Origin: Lingula anatina
Lineage: Eukaryota > Animalia > Brachiopoda
Direction: 5' to 3'
Assembly: GCA_051362555.1 (NCBI GenBank)
Contig: CM120641.1
Coordinates: 30,448,401 to 30,512,400, forward strand
Length of the DNA stretch: 64,000 bases
Shown: positions 39,101 to 54,100 of the stretch, in pieces
Position numbering within the stretch: the first letter of the stretch is position 1
How the letters are laid out: each line of letters opens with the position of its first letter
Made by a program: the position numbers and the translations under genes
Notes under the pieces: model-generated
The model's database searches: none
What the model was told of the DNA's origin: nothing
Seen by the model: only the letters and a program-made list of their open reading frames with translations

Positions 39101-42100
39101 CAATAACAATCTGTGATAAGCTCATCAGTTGACTGTGTCTCATGAAAAAGATTTTTTTTGGACAATTAATTTAAGAAAACTGAAAATAACACTGAAACGA
39201 CTGCCAAATTCCATGGCTTAAAATAGTTAAACGTTAATAATTTTCACAAATCTTGTCTAATATTTGTGAAATTTGGAAAGATGATGCATAACAACAATAA
39301 AAATCTGTGATAAGCTCATCAGTTGACTGCATCTCATGAAAAACATTTTTCAGGGCATATAAATGTGAGAAAACTGAAAATGACATTGAAAAGACTGCCA
39401 AATTCCATGGCTTAAAATAGTTAAACGTTAATAATTTTCACAAATCTTGTCTAATATTTGTGAAATTTGGATAGATGATGCATAACAACAATAAAAATCT
39501 GTGATAAGCTTATCATTTGACTGTGTCTCATTAAAGATTTTTTTTTTGGACAATAAAATTGAGAAAATTGAAAATGAAACTGAAAAGACTGCAAAATGCG
39601 GTGCCTTAAAATAGTTAAATATTAATAATTTTCACAAAACTTGTTCAATATTTGTGAAATTTGGAGAGATGATGCTTAGCAATAACAAAAATCTGTGATA
39701 AGCTTAACAGTTGACAGTGTGTGATAGAATTGTAGTTGTCTGACATTTTGTATGCGAAGAGTGAGAATTATCTACAATATTTTTTTTTCAATTTCACAAC
39801 ATCTAATTAGACTCACATTAAACATCAAATATTATGATTTGAGTTTGTTTGTGTAAGAGGTGACAAATTACCCATAATTGTCCTCTGGAAAAGAATATAT
39901 ACCCATTTAAGACATCTCCTTACTACCAATACCAGATGCAGATTCCTCCTTACAATCGGTTTCTGGAATAGGGTTTAGCACACCATTTGACAATGTCCTA
40001 AAGCTTGCCATATACCATCTATTGTACACATGGATGAGACATAGCATTGCTCTTGCTGTTGTCTTTTGCTGTCTGTTTTTTCTATAGGAATTAGCCCTGA
40101 CCAGACAGGAAGAATCAGTTCACCAAAAAATCCATCACGCTGTATGGAAAAGGTCACCTAGAAAAAGAACAATATGTTTGATAAAAGTGAAAATTGAATT
40201 CTAAAAATTGACAAATTTCCCACATTAAAAAAGTTGAACATAATTTTGATGAACTTAACCTAAACAGTTGACTATGTCTAATAAAAAGGACATTTTCAGA
40301 ACATATAAATTTGAGAAATTCTGAAAATGACATTGAAAAAACTGCCAAATTCCATGGCTTGAAATAGTTAAACGTTAATAATTTTCACAAATCTTGTCCA
40401 ATATTTGTGAAATTTGGACAGAAGATGCATAACAATAATAAAAATCTGTGATAAGCTCATCAGTTGACTGCATCTCATGAAAAACATTTTTCAGAGCATA
40501 TAAATGTGAGAAAACTGAAAATGACATTGAAAAGACTGCCAAATTCCATGGCTTAAAATAGTTAAACGTTAATAATTTTCACAAATCTTGTCTAATATTT
40601 GTGAAATTTGGATAGATGATGCATAACAACAATAAAAATCTGTAATAAGCTCATCAGTTGACCGTGTCTCATAAAAAAGATTTTTTTTGGACAATAAATT
40701 TGAGAAAACTGAAAATGACATTGAAAAGACTGCAAAATGCGGTGCCTTAAAATAGTTAAACGTTAATAATTTTCACAAATCTTGTTCAAGATTTGTGAAA
40801 TTTGGACAGATGATGCATAACAATAATAAAAATCTGTGATAAGCTCATCAGTTGACTGTGTTTCATGAAAAACATTTTTCAGAGCATATAAATGTGAAAA
40901 AACTGAAAATGACATTGCAAAGACTGCAAAATTCCATGGCTTAAAATAGTTAAATGTTAATAATTTTCACAAATCTTGTCTAATATTTGTGAAATTTGGA
41001 TAGATGATGCATAACAACAATAAAAATCTGCGATAAGCTCATCAGTTGACTGTGTCTCATGAAAAAGATTTTTTTTGGACAATAAATTTGAGAAAACTGA
41101 AAATAACACTGAAACGACTGCCAAATTCCATGGCTTAAAATAGTTAAACGTTAATAATTTTCACAAATCTTGTCTAATATTTGTGAAATTTGGATAGATG
41201 ATGCATAACAACAATAAAAATCTGTGATAAGCTCATCAGTTGACTGTGTCTCATTAAAAACATTTTTTAGAGCAAATAAATGTGAGAAAACTGAAAATGA
41301 CATTGAAAAGACTGCCAAATGCGGTGCCATAACATAGTTAAACGTTAATAATTTTCACAAATCATGTCCAATATTTGTGAAATTGGGACAGATGATCGCA
41401 TAACAGCAATAAAAATCTGTGATAAGCTTATCAGCTGACTGTGTCTCATGGAAAAGATTTTTTTAGAGCATATAATTTGGAGAAAACTGAAAATTACATT
41501 GAAAAGACCTGCAAATTCCATGGCATAAAATAGTTAAATATTGATGATTTTGACAAACCCAGTCCAATATTTGTGAAATTTGTACAAATGATGCTTAAAA
41601 GCAATAAAAATCTGTTCTAAGCTTATCAGCTGACTGTGTGTAATAGAAGTGTAGCTTATTAACAATTTGTATGAAAAGAGTGACAATTATCAAAAACATT
41701 TTTTTTCTCAATTTCACAACATCTAATTAGGCTCTTATTTAACATCAAATGTTATGATTTGAGTTTGTTTGTGTAAGAGGTGACAAATTACCCATAATTG
41801 TCCCGTGGAAAACAATATATACCCATTCAAGACTTCTCCTTACTACCAAATACCAGATGCAGATTCCTCCTTACAATCGGTTGCTGGAATCAGAGTTTAG
41901 CACACCATTTGACAATGTCCTAAAGCTTCCCACATACCATCATGAGACAGCATTGCTCTTGCTGTTGTCTTTTGCTGCCTGTTTTTTTCTATAGGAATTA
42001 GCCATGACTAGACAGGAAGAATCAGTTCACCAAAAAAGCCACCATGCTGTATGGAAAAGGTCACCTGGAAAAAGAACAATATTTTTGAAAAAAGTGAAAA

Positions 42101-45100
42101 ATTTAAAAATTGACACATTTCACAGACTGAAATAGTTAAACATTAAGAATTTTTATAAAGTTAACCTTAACAGTTGACTGTCTAATAAAAGGATATTTTC
42201 GGTACATATAAATTTGAGAAAACTGAAAATTACATTAATAAGACTTCCAAATTCCATGGCTTAAAATAGTTAAACGTTAATAATTTTAACAAATTTCGTG
42301 CAATGTTTGTGAAATTTGTACAAGTCATGCATAACAGCAATAAAAATCTGTGATAAGCTCATCAGTTGAATGTGTCTCATTAAAAAGATTTTTTTGGACA
42401 ATAAATTTGAGAAAATTGACAATAACACTGAAACGACTGCCAAATTCCATGGCTTAAAATAGTTAAACGTTAATTATTTTCACAAATTTTGTCTAATATT
42501 TGTGAAATTTGGAAAGATGATGCATAACAACAATAAAAATCTGTGATAAGCTCATAAGTTGACTGTGTCTCATAAAAAGGATTTTTTTGGACAATAAAAT
42601 TGAGAAAACGGAAAATGACATTGAAAAGAATGCAAAATGCGGTGCCTTAAAATAGTTAAACGTTAATAATTTTCACAAGTCTTGTTCAAGATTTGTGAAA
42701 TTTGGACAGATGATGCATAACAATAATCAAAATCTGTGATAAGCTCATCAGCTGACTGTGTCTCATGAAAATCATTTTTCAGAGCATATAAATGTGAGAA
42801 AACTGAAAATGACATTGAAAAGACTGCCAAATTCCATGGCTTAAAATAGTTAAACGTTAATAATTTTCACAAATCTTGTCTAATATTTCTGAAATTTGGA
42901 AAGATGATGCATAACAACAATACAAATCTGAGATAAGCTCATCAGTTGACTGTGTCTCATGAAAAAGATTTTTTTTGGACAATAAATTTGAGAAAACTGA
43001 AAATAACACTGAAACGACTGCCAAATTCCATGGCTTAAAATAGTTAAACGTTAATTATTTTCACAAATTTTGTCTAATATTTGTGAAATTTGGAAAGATG
43101 ATGCATAACAACAATAAAAATCTGTGATAAGCTCATAAGTTGACTGTGTCTCATAAAAAGGATTTTTTTGGACAATAAAATTGAGAAAACGGAAAATGAC
43201 ATTGAAAAGAATGCAAAATGCGGTGCCTTAAAATAGTTAAACGTTAATAATTTTCACAAGTCTTGTTCAAGATTTGTGAAATTTGGACAGATGATGCATA
43301 ACAATAATCAAAATCTGTGATAAGCTCATCAGCTGACTGTGTCTCATGAAAATCATTTTTCAGAGCATATAAATGTGAGAAAACTGAAAATGACATTGAA
43401 AAGACTGCCAAATTCCATGGCTTAAAATAGTTAAACGTTAATAATTTTCACAAATCTTGTCTAATATTTGTGAAATTTGGAAAGATGATGCATAACAACA
43501 ATACAAATCTGAGATAAGCTCATCAGTTGACTGTGTCTCATGAAAAAGATTTTTTTTGGACAATAAATTTGAGAAAACTGAAAATAACACTGAAACGACT
43601 GCCAAATTCCATGGCTTAAAATAGTTAAACGTTAATAATTTTCACAAATCTTGTCTAATATTTGTGAAATTTGGATAGATGATGCATAACAACAATAAAA
43701 ATCTGTGAGAAGCTCATCAGTTGACTGTGTCTCATTAAAAACATTTTTTAGAGCAAATAAATGTGAGAAAACTGAAAATGACATTGAAAAGACTGCCAAA
43801 TGCGGTGCCATAACATAGTTAAACGTTAATAATTTTCACAAATCATGTCCAATATTTGTGAAATTGGGACAGATGATGCATAACAGCAATAAAAATCTGT
43901 GATAAGCTTATCAGCTGACTGTGTCTCATGGAAAAATTTTTTTAGAGCATATAATTTGGAGAAAACTGAAAATTACATTGAAAAGACCTGCAAATTCCAT
44001 GGCATAAAATAGTTAAATATTGATGATTTTGACAAACCCAGTCCAATATTTGTGAAATTTGTACAAATGATGCTTAAAAGCAATAAAAATCTGTTCTAAG
44101 CTTATCAGCTGACTGTGTGTAATAGAAGTGTAGCTTATTAACAATTTGTATGAAAAGAGTGACAATTATCAAAAACATTTTTTTTCTCAATTTCACAACA
44201 TCTAATTAGGCTCTTATTTAACATCAAATGTTATGATTTGAGTTTGTTTGTGTAAGAGGTGACAAATTACCCATAATTGTCCCGTGGAAAACAATATATA
44301 CCCATTCAAGACTTCTCCTTACTACCAAATACCAGATGCAGATTCCTCCTTACAATCGGTTGCTGGAATCAGAGTTTAGCACACCATTTGACAATGTCCT
44401 AAAGCTTCCCACATACCATCATGAGACAGCTTTGCTCTTGCTGTTGTCTTTTGCTGCCTGTTTTTTTCTATAGGAATTAGCCATGACTAGACAGGAAGAA
44501 TCAGTTCACCAAAAAAAGCCACCATGCTGTATGGAAAAGGTCACCTGGAAAAAGAACAATATTTTTGAAAAAAGTGAAAAATTTAAAAATTGACACATTT
44601 CACAGACTGAAATAGTTAAACATTAAGAATTTTTATAAAGTTAACCTTAACAGTTGACTGTCTAATAAAAGGATATTTTCGGTACATATAAATTTGAGAA
44701 AACTGAAAATTACATTAATAAGACTTCCAAATTCCATGGCTTAAAATAGTTAAACGTTAATAATTTTAACAAATTTCGTCCAATGTTTGTGAAATTTGTA
44801 CAAGTCATGCATAACAGCAATAAAAATCTGTGAGAAGCTCATCAGTTGAATGTGTCTCATTAAAAAGATTTTTTTGGACAATAAATTTGAGAAAATTGAA
44901 AATGACACTGAGAAGACTGCAAAATGCGGTGCCTTAAAATAGTTAAACGTTAATAATATTCACAAAACTTGTTCAATATTTGTGAAATTTGGACAGATGA
45001 TGCATAACAATAATAAAAATCTGTGATAAGCTCATCAGTTGACTGTGTCTCATGAAAAAGATTTTTTTTGGACAATAAATTTGAGAAAACTGACAATAAC

Positions 45101-48100
45101 ACTGAAACGACTGCCAAATTCCATGGCTTAAAATAGTTAAACGTTAATTATTTTCACAAATTTTGTCTAATATTTGTGAAATTTGGAAAGATGATGCATA
45201 ACAACAATAAAAATCTGTGATAAGCTCATAAGTTGACTGTGTCTCATAAAAAGGATTTTTTTGGACAATAAAATTGAGAAAACGGAAAATGACATTGAAA
45301 AGAATGCAAAATGCGGTGCCTTAAAATAGTTAAACGTTAATAATTTTCACAAGTCTTGTTCAAGATTTGTGAAATTTGGACAGATGATGCATAACAATAA
45401 TCAAAATCTGTGATAAGCTCATCAGCTGACTGTGTCTCATGAAAATCATTTTTCAGAGCATATAAATGTGAGAAAACTGAAAATGACATTGAAAAGACTG
45501 CCAAATTCCATGGCTTAAAATAGTTAAACGTTAATAATTTTCACAAATCTTGTCTAATATTTGTGAAATTTGGAAAGATGATGCATAACAACAATACAAA
45601 TCTGAGATAAGCTCATCAGTTGACTGTGTCTCATTTAAAAGATTTTTTTGGACAATAAATTTGAGAAAATTGAAAATGACACTGAGAAGACTGCAAAATG
45701 CGGTGCCTTAAAATAGTTAAACGTTAATAATTTTCACAAAACTTGTTCAATATTTGTGAAATATAGACAGATGATGCATAACAATAATAAAAATCTGTGA
45801 TAAGCTCATCAATTGAATGTGTCTCATGAAAAACATTTTTCAGAGCATATAAATGTGAGAAAACTGAAAATGACATTGAAAAGACTGCCAAATTCCATGG
45901 CTTAAAATGGTTAAATGTTAATAATTTTCACAAATCTTGTCTAATGTTTGTGAAATTTGGATAGATGATGCATATCAACAATAAAAATCTGTGATAAGCT
46001 CATTAGTTGCCTGTGTCTCATAAAAAAGATTTTTTTGGACAATAAAATTGAGAAAAACGGAAAATGACATTGAAAAGACTGCAAAATGCGGTGCCTTAAA
46101 ATAGTTAAACGTTTATAATTTTCACAAATCTTGTTCAAGATTTGTGAAATTTGGATAGATGATGCATAACAATAATAAAAATCTGTGATAAGCTCATCAG
46201 TTGACTGTGTTTCATGAAAAACATTTTTCAGAGCATATAAATGTGAAAAAACTGAAAATGACATTGAAAAGACTGCCAAATTCCATGGCTTAAAATAGTT
46301 TAACGTTAATAATTTTCACAAATCTTGTCTAATATTTGTGAAATTTGGATAGATGATGCATAACAACAATAAAAATCTGTGATAAGCTCATCAGTTGACT
46401 GTGTCTCATTAAAAAGATTTTTTTTTGGACAATAAAATTGAGAAAATTGAAAATGAAACTGAAAAGACTGCAAAATGCGGTGCCTTAAAATAGTTAAATA
46501 TTAATAATTTTCACAAAACTTGTTCAATATTTGTGAAATTTGGAGAGATGATGCTTAGCAATAACAAAAATCTGTGATAAACTTAACAGTTGACAGTGTG
46601 TGATAGAATTGTAGTTGTCTGACATTTTGTATGCGAAGAGTGAGAATTATCTACAATATTTTTTTTTCAATTTCACAACATCTAATTAGACTCACATTAA
46701 ACATCAAATATTATGATTTGAGTTTGTTTGTGTAAGAGGTGACAAATTACCCATAATTGTCCTCTGGAAAAGAATATATACCCACTTAAGACATCTCCTT
46801 ACTACCAATACCAGATGCAGATTCCTCCTTACAATCGGTTTCTGGAATAGGGTTTAGCACACCATTTGACAATGTCCTAAAGCTTGCCATATACCATCTA
46901 TTGTACACATGGATGAGACATAGCATTGCTCTTGCTGTTGTCTTTTGCTGTCTGTTTTTTCTATAGGAATTAGCCCTGACCAGACAGGAAGAATCAGTTC
47001 ACCAAAAAATCCATCACGCTGTATGGAAAAGGTCACCTAGAAAAAGAACAATATGTTTGATAAAAGTGAAAATTGAATTCTAAAAATTGACAAATTTCCC
47101 ACATTAAAAAAGTTGAACAATAATTTTGATAAACTTAACCTAAACAGTTGACTATGTCTAATAAAAAGGACATTTTCAAAACATATAAATTTGAGAAATA
47201 CTGAAAATGACATTGAAAAGACTGCCAAATTCCATGGCTTGAAATAGTTAAATGTTAATAATTTTCACAAATCTTGTCCAATATTTGTGAAATTTGGACA
47301 GATGATGCATAACAATAATAAAAATCTGTGATAAGCTCATCAGTTGACTGTGTTTCATGAAAAACATTTTTCAGAGCATATAAATGTGAAAAAACTGAAA
47401 ATGACATTGCAAAGACTGCAAAATTCCATGGCTTAAAATAGTTAAACGTTAATAATTTTCACAAATCTTGTCTAATATTTGTGAAATTTGGATAGATGAT
47501 GCATAACAACAATAAAAATCTGCGATAAGCTCATCAGTTGACTGTGTCTCATGAAAAAGATTTTTTTTGGACAATAAATTTGAGAAAACTGAAAATAACA
47601 CTGAAACGACTGCCAAATTCCATGGCTTAAAATAGTTAAACGTTAATAATTTTCACAAATCTTGTCTAATATTTGTGAAATTTGGATAGATGATGCATAA
47701 CAACAATAAAAATCTGTAATAAGCTCATCAGTTGACTGTGTCTCATTAAAAACATTTTTTAGAGCAAATAAATGTGAGAAAACTGAAAATGACATTGAAA
47801 AGACTGCCAAATGCGGTGCCATAACATAGTTAAACGTTAATAATTTTCACAAATCATGTCCAATATTTGTGAAATTGGGATAGATGATGCATAACAGCAA
47901 TAAAAATCTGTGATAAGCTTATCAGCTGACTGTGTGTAATAGAAGTGTAGCTTATTAACAATTTGTATGAAAAGAGTGAGAATTATCAAAAACATTTTTT
48001 TTCTCAATTTCACAACATCTAATTAGGCTCTTATTTAACATCAAATGTTATGATTTGAGTTTGTTTGTGTAAGAGGTGACAAATTACCCATAATTGTCCC

Positions 48101-51100
48101 GTGGAAAACAATATATACCCATTCAAGACTTCTCCTTACTACCAAATACCAGATGCAGATTCCTCCTTACAATCGGTTGCTGGAATCAGAGTTTAGCACA
48201 CCATTTGACAATGTCCTAAAGCTTCCCACATACCATCATGAGACAGCATTGCTCTTGCTGTTGTCTTTTGCTGCCTGTTTTTTTCTATAGGAATTAGCCA
48301 TGACTAGACAGGAAGAATCAGTTCACCAAAAAAAGCCACCATGCTGTATGGAAAAGGTCACCTGGAAAAAGAACAATATTTTTGAAAAAAGTGAAAAATT
48401 TAAAAATTGACACATTTCACAGACTGAAATAGTTAAACATTAAGAATTTTTATAAAGTTAACCTTAACAGTTGACTGTCTAATAAAAGGATATTTTCGGT
48501 ACATATAAATTTGAGAAAACTGAAAATTACATTAATAAGACTTCCAAATTCCATGGCTTAAAATAGTTAAACGTTAATAATTTTAACAAATTTCGTCCAA
48601 TGTTTGTGAAATTTGTACAAGTCATGCATAACAGCAATAAAAATCTGTGAGAAGCTCATCAGTTGAATGTGTCTCATTAAAAAGATTTTTTTGGACAATA
48701 AATTTGAGAAAATTGAAAATGACACTGAGAAGACTGCAAAATGCGGTGCCTTAAAATAGTTAAACGTTAATAATATTCACAAAACTTGTTCAATATTTGT
48801 GAAATTTGGACAGATGATGCATAACAATAATAAAAATCTGTGATAAGCTCATCAGTTGACTGTGTCTCATGAAAAAGATTTTTTTTGGACAATAAATTTG
48901 AGAAAACTGACAATAACACTGAAACGACTGCCAAATTCCATGGCTTAAAATAGTTAAACGTTAATTATTTTCACAAATTTTGTCTAATATTTGTGAAATT
49001 TGGAAAGATGATGCATAACAACAATAAAAATCTGTGATAAGCTCATAAGTTGACTGTGTCTCATAAAAAGGATTTTTTTGGACAATAAAATTGAGAAAAC
49101 GGAAAATGACATTGAAAAGAATGCAAAATGCGGTGCCTTAAAATAGTTAAACGTTAATAATTTTCACAAGTCTTGTTCAAGATTTGTGAAATTTGGACAG
49201 ATGATGCATAACAATAATCAAAATCTGTGATAAGCTCATCAGCTGACTGTGTCTCATGAAAATCATTTTTCAGAGCATATAAATGTGAGAAAACTGAAAA
49301 TGACATTGAAAAGACTGCCAAATTCCATGGCTTAAAATAGTTAAACGTTAATAATTTTCACAAATCTTGTCTAATATTTGTGAAATTTGGAAAGATGATG
49401 CATAACAACAATACAAATCTGAGATGAGCTCATCAGTTGAATGTGTCTCATTTAAAAGATTTTTTTGGACAATAAATTTGAGAAAATTGAAAATGACACT
49501 GAGAAGACTGCAAAATGCGGTGCCTTAAAATAGTTAAACGTTAATAATTTTCACAAAACTTGTTCAATATTTGTGAAATATAGACAGATGATGCATAACA
49601 ATAATAAAAATCTGTGATAAGCTCATCAATTGAATGTGTCTCATGAAAAACATTTTTCAGAGCATATAAATGTGAGAAAACTGAAAATGACATTGAAAAG
49701 ACTGCCAAATTTCATGGCTTAAAATGGTTAAATGTTAATAATTTTCACAAATCTTGTCTAATGTTTGTGAAATTTGGATAGATGATGCATATCAACAATA
49801 AAAATCTGTGATAAGCTCATTAGTTGCCTGTGTCTCATAAAAAAGATTTTTTTGGACAATAAAATTGAGAAAAACGGAAAATGACATTGAAAAGACTGCA
49901 AAATGCGGTGCCTTAAAATAGTTAAACGTTTATAATTTTCACAAATCTTGTTCAAGATTTGTGAAATTTGGATAGATGATGCATAACAATAATAAAAATC
50001 TGTGATAAGCTCATCAGTTGACTGTGTTTCATGAAAAACATTTTTCAGAGCATATAAATGTGAAAAAACTGAAAATGACATTGAAAAGACTGCCAAATTC
50101 CATGGCTTAAAATAGTTTAACGTTAATAATTTTCACAAATCTTGTCTAATATTTGTGAAATTTGGATAGATGATGCATAACAACAATAAAAATCTGTGAT
50201 AAGCTCATCAGTTGACTGTGTCTCATTAAAAAGATTTTTTTTTGGACAATAAAATTGAGAAAATTGAAAATGAAACTGAAAAGACTGCAAAATGCGGTGC
50301 CTTAAAATAGTTAAATATTAATAATTTTCACAAAACTTGTTCAATATTTGTGAAATTTGGAGAGATGATGCTTAGCAATAACAAAAATCTGTGATAAACT
50401 TAACAGTTGACAGTGTGTGATAGAATTGTAGTTGTCTGACATTTTGTATGCGAAGAGTGAGAATTATCTACAATATTTTTTTTTCAATTTCACAACATCT
50501 AATTAGACTCACATTAAACATCAAATATTATGATTTGAGTTTGTTTGTGTAAGAGGTGACAAATTACCCATAATTGTCCTCTGGAAAAGAATATATACCC
50601 ACTTAAGACATCTCCTTACTACCAATACCAGATGCAGATTCCTCCTTACAATCGGTTTCTGGAATAGGGTTTAGCACACCATTTGACAATGTCCTAAAGC
50701 TTGCCATATACCATCTATTGTACACATGGATGAGACATAGCATTGCTCTTGCTGTTGTCTTTTGCTGTCTGTTTTTTCTATAGGAATTAGCCCTGACCAG
50801 ACAGGAAGAATCAGTTCACCAAAAAATCCATCACGCTGTATGGAAAAGGTCACCTAGAAAAAGAACAATATGTTTGATAAAAGTGAAAATTGAATTCTAA
50901 AAATTGACAAATTTCCCACATTAAAAAAGTTGAACAATAATTTTGATAAACTTAACCTAAACAGTTGACTATGTCTAATAAAAAGGACATTTTCAAAACA
51001 TATAAATTTGAGAAATACTGAAAATGACATTGAAAAGACTGCCAAATTCCATGGCTTGAAATAGTTAAATGTTAATAATTTTCACAAATCTTGTCCAATA

Positions 51101-54100
51101 TTTGTGAAATTTGGACAGATGATGCATAACAATAATAAAAATCTGTGATAAGCTCATCAGTTGACTGTGTTTCATGAAAAACATTTTTCAGAGCATATAA
51201 ATGTGAAAAAACTGAAAGTGACATTGCAAAGACTGCAAAATTCCATGGCTTAAAATAGTTAAACGTTAATAATTTTCACAAATCTTGTCTAATATTTGTG
51301 AAATTTGGATAGATGATGCATAACAACAATAAAAATCTGCGATAAGCTCATCAGTTGACTGTGTCTCATGAAAAAGATTTTTTTTTGGACAATAAATTTG
51401 AGAAAACTGAAAATAACACTGAAACGACTGCCAAATTCCATGGCTTAAAATAGTTAAACGTTAATAATTTTCACAAATCTTGTCTAATATTTGTGAAATT
51501 TGGATAGATGATGCATAACAACAATAAAAATCTGTGATAAGCTCATCAGTTGACTGTGTCTCATTAAAAACATTTTTTAGAGCAAATAAATGTGAGAAAA
51601 CTGAAAATGACATTGAAAAGACTGCCAAATGCGGTGCCATAACATAGTTAAACGTTAATAATTTTCACAAATCATGTCCAATATTTGTGAAATTGGGATA
51701 GATGATGCATAACAGCAATAAAAATCTGTGATAAGCTTATCAGCTGACTGTGTGTAATAGAAGTGTAGCTTATTAACAATTTGTATGAAAAGAGTGAGAA
51801 TTATCTACAATATTTTTTTTCAATTTCACAACATCTAATTAGACTCACATTAAACATCAAATATTATGATTTGAGTTTGTTTGTGTAATAGGTGACAAAT
51901 TACCCATAATTGTCCTCTGGAAAAGAATATATACCCATTTAAGACATCTCCTTACTACCAATACCAGATGCAGATTCCTCCTTACAATCGGTTTCTGGAA
52001 TAGGGTTTAGCACACCATTTGACAATGTCCTAAAGCTTCCCACATACCATCATGAGACAGCATTGCTCTTGCTGTTGTCTTTTGCTGCCTGTTTTTTTCT
52101 ATAGGAATTAGCCATGACTAGACAGGAAGAATCAGTTCACCAAAAAAGCCACCATGCTGTATGGAAAAGGTCACCTGGAAAAAGAACAATATTTTTGAAA
52201 AAAGTGAAAAATTTAAAAATTGACACATTTCACAGACTGAAATAGTTAAACATTAAGAATTTTTATAAAGTTAACCTTAACAGTTCACTGTCTAAGAAAA
52301 GGATATTTTCGGGACATATAAATTTGAGAAAACTGAAAATTACATTAATAAGACTTCCAAATTCCATGGCTTAAAATAGTTAAACGTTAATAATTTTAAC
52401 AAATTTCGTCCAATGTTTGGGAAATTTGTACAAGTCATGCATAACAGCAATAAAAATCTGTGATAAGCTCATCAGTTGAATGTGTCTCATGAAAAACATT
52501 TTTCAGAGCATATAAATTGGAGAAAACTGAAAATTACATTGAAAAGACTGCCAAATTCCATGGCTTAAAATAGTTTAACGTTAATAATTTTCACAAAACT
52601 TGTTCAATATTTGTGAAATTTGGAGAGATGATGCTTAACAATAACAAAAATCTGTGATAAGCTTAACATTTGACAGTGTGTGATAGAATTGTAGTTGATT
52701 GACATTTTGTATGCGAAGAGTGAGAATTATCTACAATATTTTTTTTTTTTCAATTTCACAACATCTAATTAGACTCACATTAAACATCAAATATTATGAT
52801 TTGAGTTTGTTTGTGTAAGAGGTGACAAATTACCCATAATTGTCCTCTGGAAAAGAATATATACCCATTTAAGACATCTCCTTACTACCAATACCAGATG
52901 CAGATTCCTCCTTACAATCGGTTTCTGGAATAGGGTTTAGCACACCATTTGACAATGTCCTAAAGCTTGCCATATACCATCTATTGTACACATGGATGAG
53001 ACATAGCATTGCTCTTGCTGTTGTCTTTTGCTGTCTGTTTTTTCTATAGGAATTAGCCCTGACCAGACAGGAAGAATCAGTTCACCAAAAAATCCATCAC
53101 GCTGTATGGAAAAGGTCACCTAGAAAAAGAACAATATGTTTGATAAAAGTGAAAATTGAATTCTAAAAATTGACAAATTTCCCACATTAAAAAAGTTGAA
53201 CATAATTTTGATGAACTTAACCTAAACAGTTGACTATGTCTAATAAAAAGGACATTTTCAGAACATATAAATTTGAGAAATTCTGAAAATGACATTGAAA
53301 AAACTGCCAAATTCCATGGCTTGAAATAGTTAAACGTTAATAATTTTCACAAATCTTGTCCAATATTTGTGAAATTTGGACAGATGATGCATAACAATAA
53401 TAAAAATCTGTGATAAGCTCATCAGTTGACTGCATCTCATGAAAAACATTTTTCAGAGCATATAAATGTGAGAAAACTGAAAATGACATTGAAAAGACTG
53501 CCAAATTCCATGGCTTAAAATAGTTAAACGTTAATAATTTTCACAAATCTTGTCTAATATTTGTGAAATTTGGATAGATGATGCATAACAACAATAAAAA
53601 TCTGTAATAAGCTCATCAGTTGACCGTGTCTCATAAAAAATATTTTTTTTGGACAATAAATTTGAGAAAACTGAAAATGACATTGAAAAGACTGCAAAAT
53701 GCGGTGCCTTAAAATAGTTAAACGTTAATAATTTTCACAAATCTTGTTCAAGATTTGTGAAATTTGGACAGATGATGCATAACAATAATAAAAATCTGTG
53801 ATAAGCTCATCAGTTGACTGTGTTTCATGAAAAACATTTTTCAGAGCATATAAATGTGAAAAAACTGAAAATGAAATTGCAAAGACTGCAAAATTCCATG
53901 GCTTAAAATAGTTAAACGTTAATAATTTTCACAAATCTTGTCTAATATTTGTGAAATTTGGATAGATGATGCATAACAACAATAAAAATCTGCGAAAAGC
54001 TCATCAGTTGACTGTGTCTCATGAAAAAGATTTTTTTTGGACAATAAATTTGAGAAAACTGAAAATAACACTGAAACGACTGCCAAATTCCATGGCTTAA

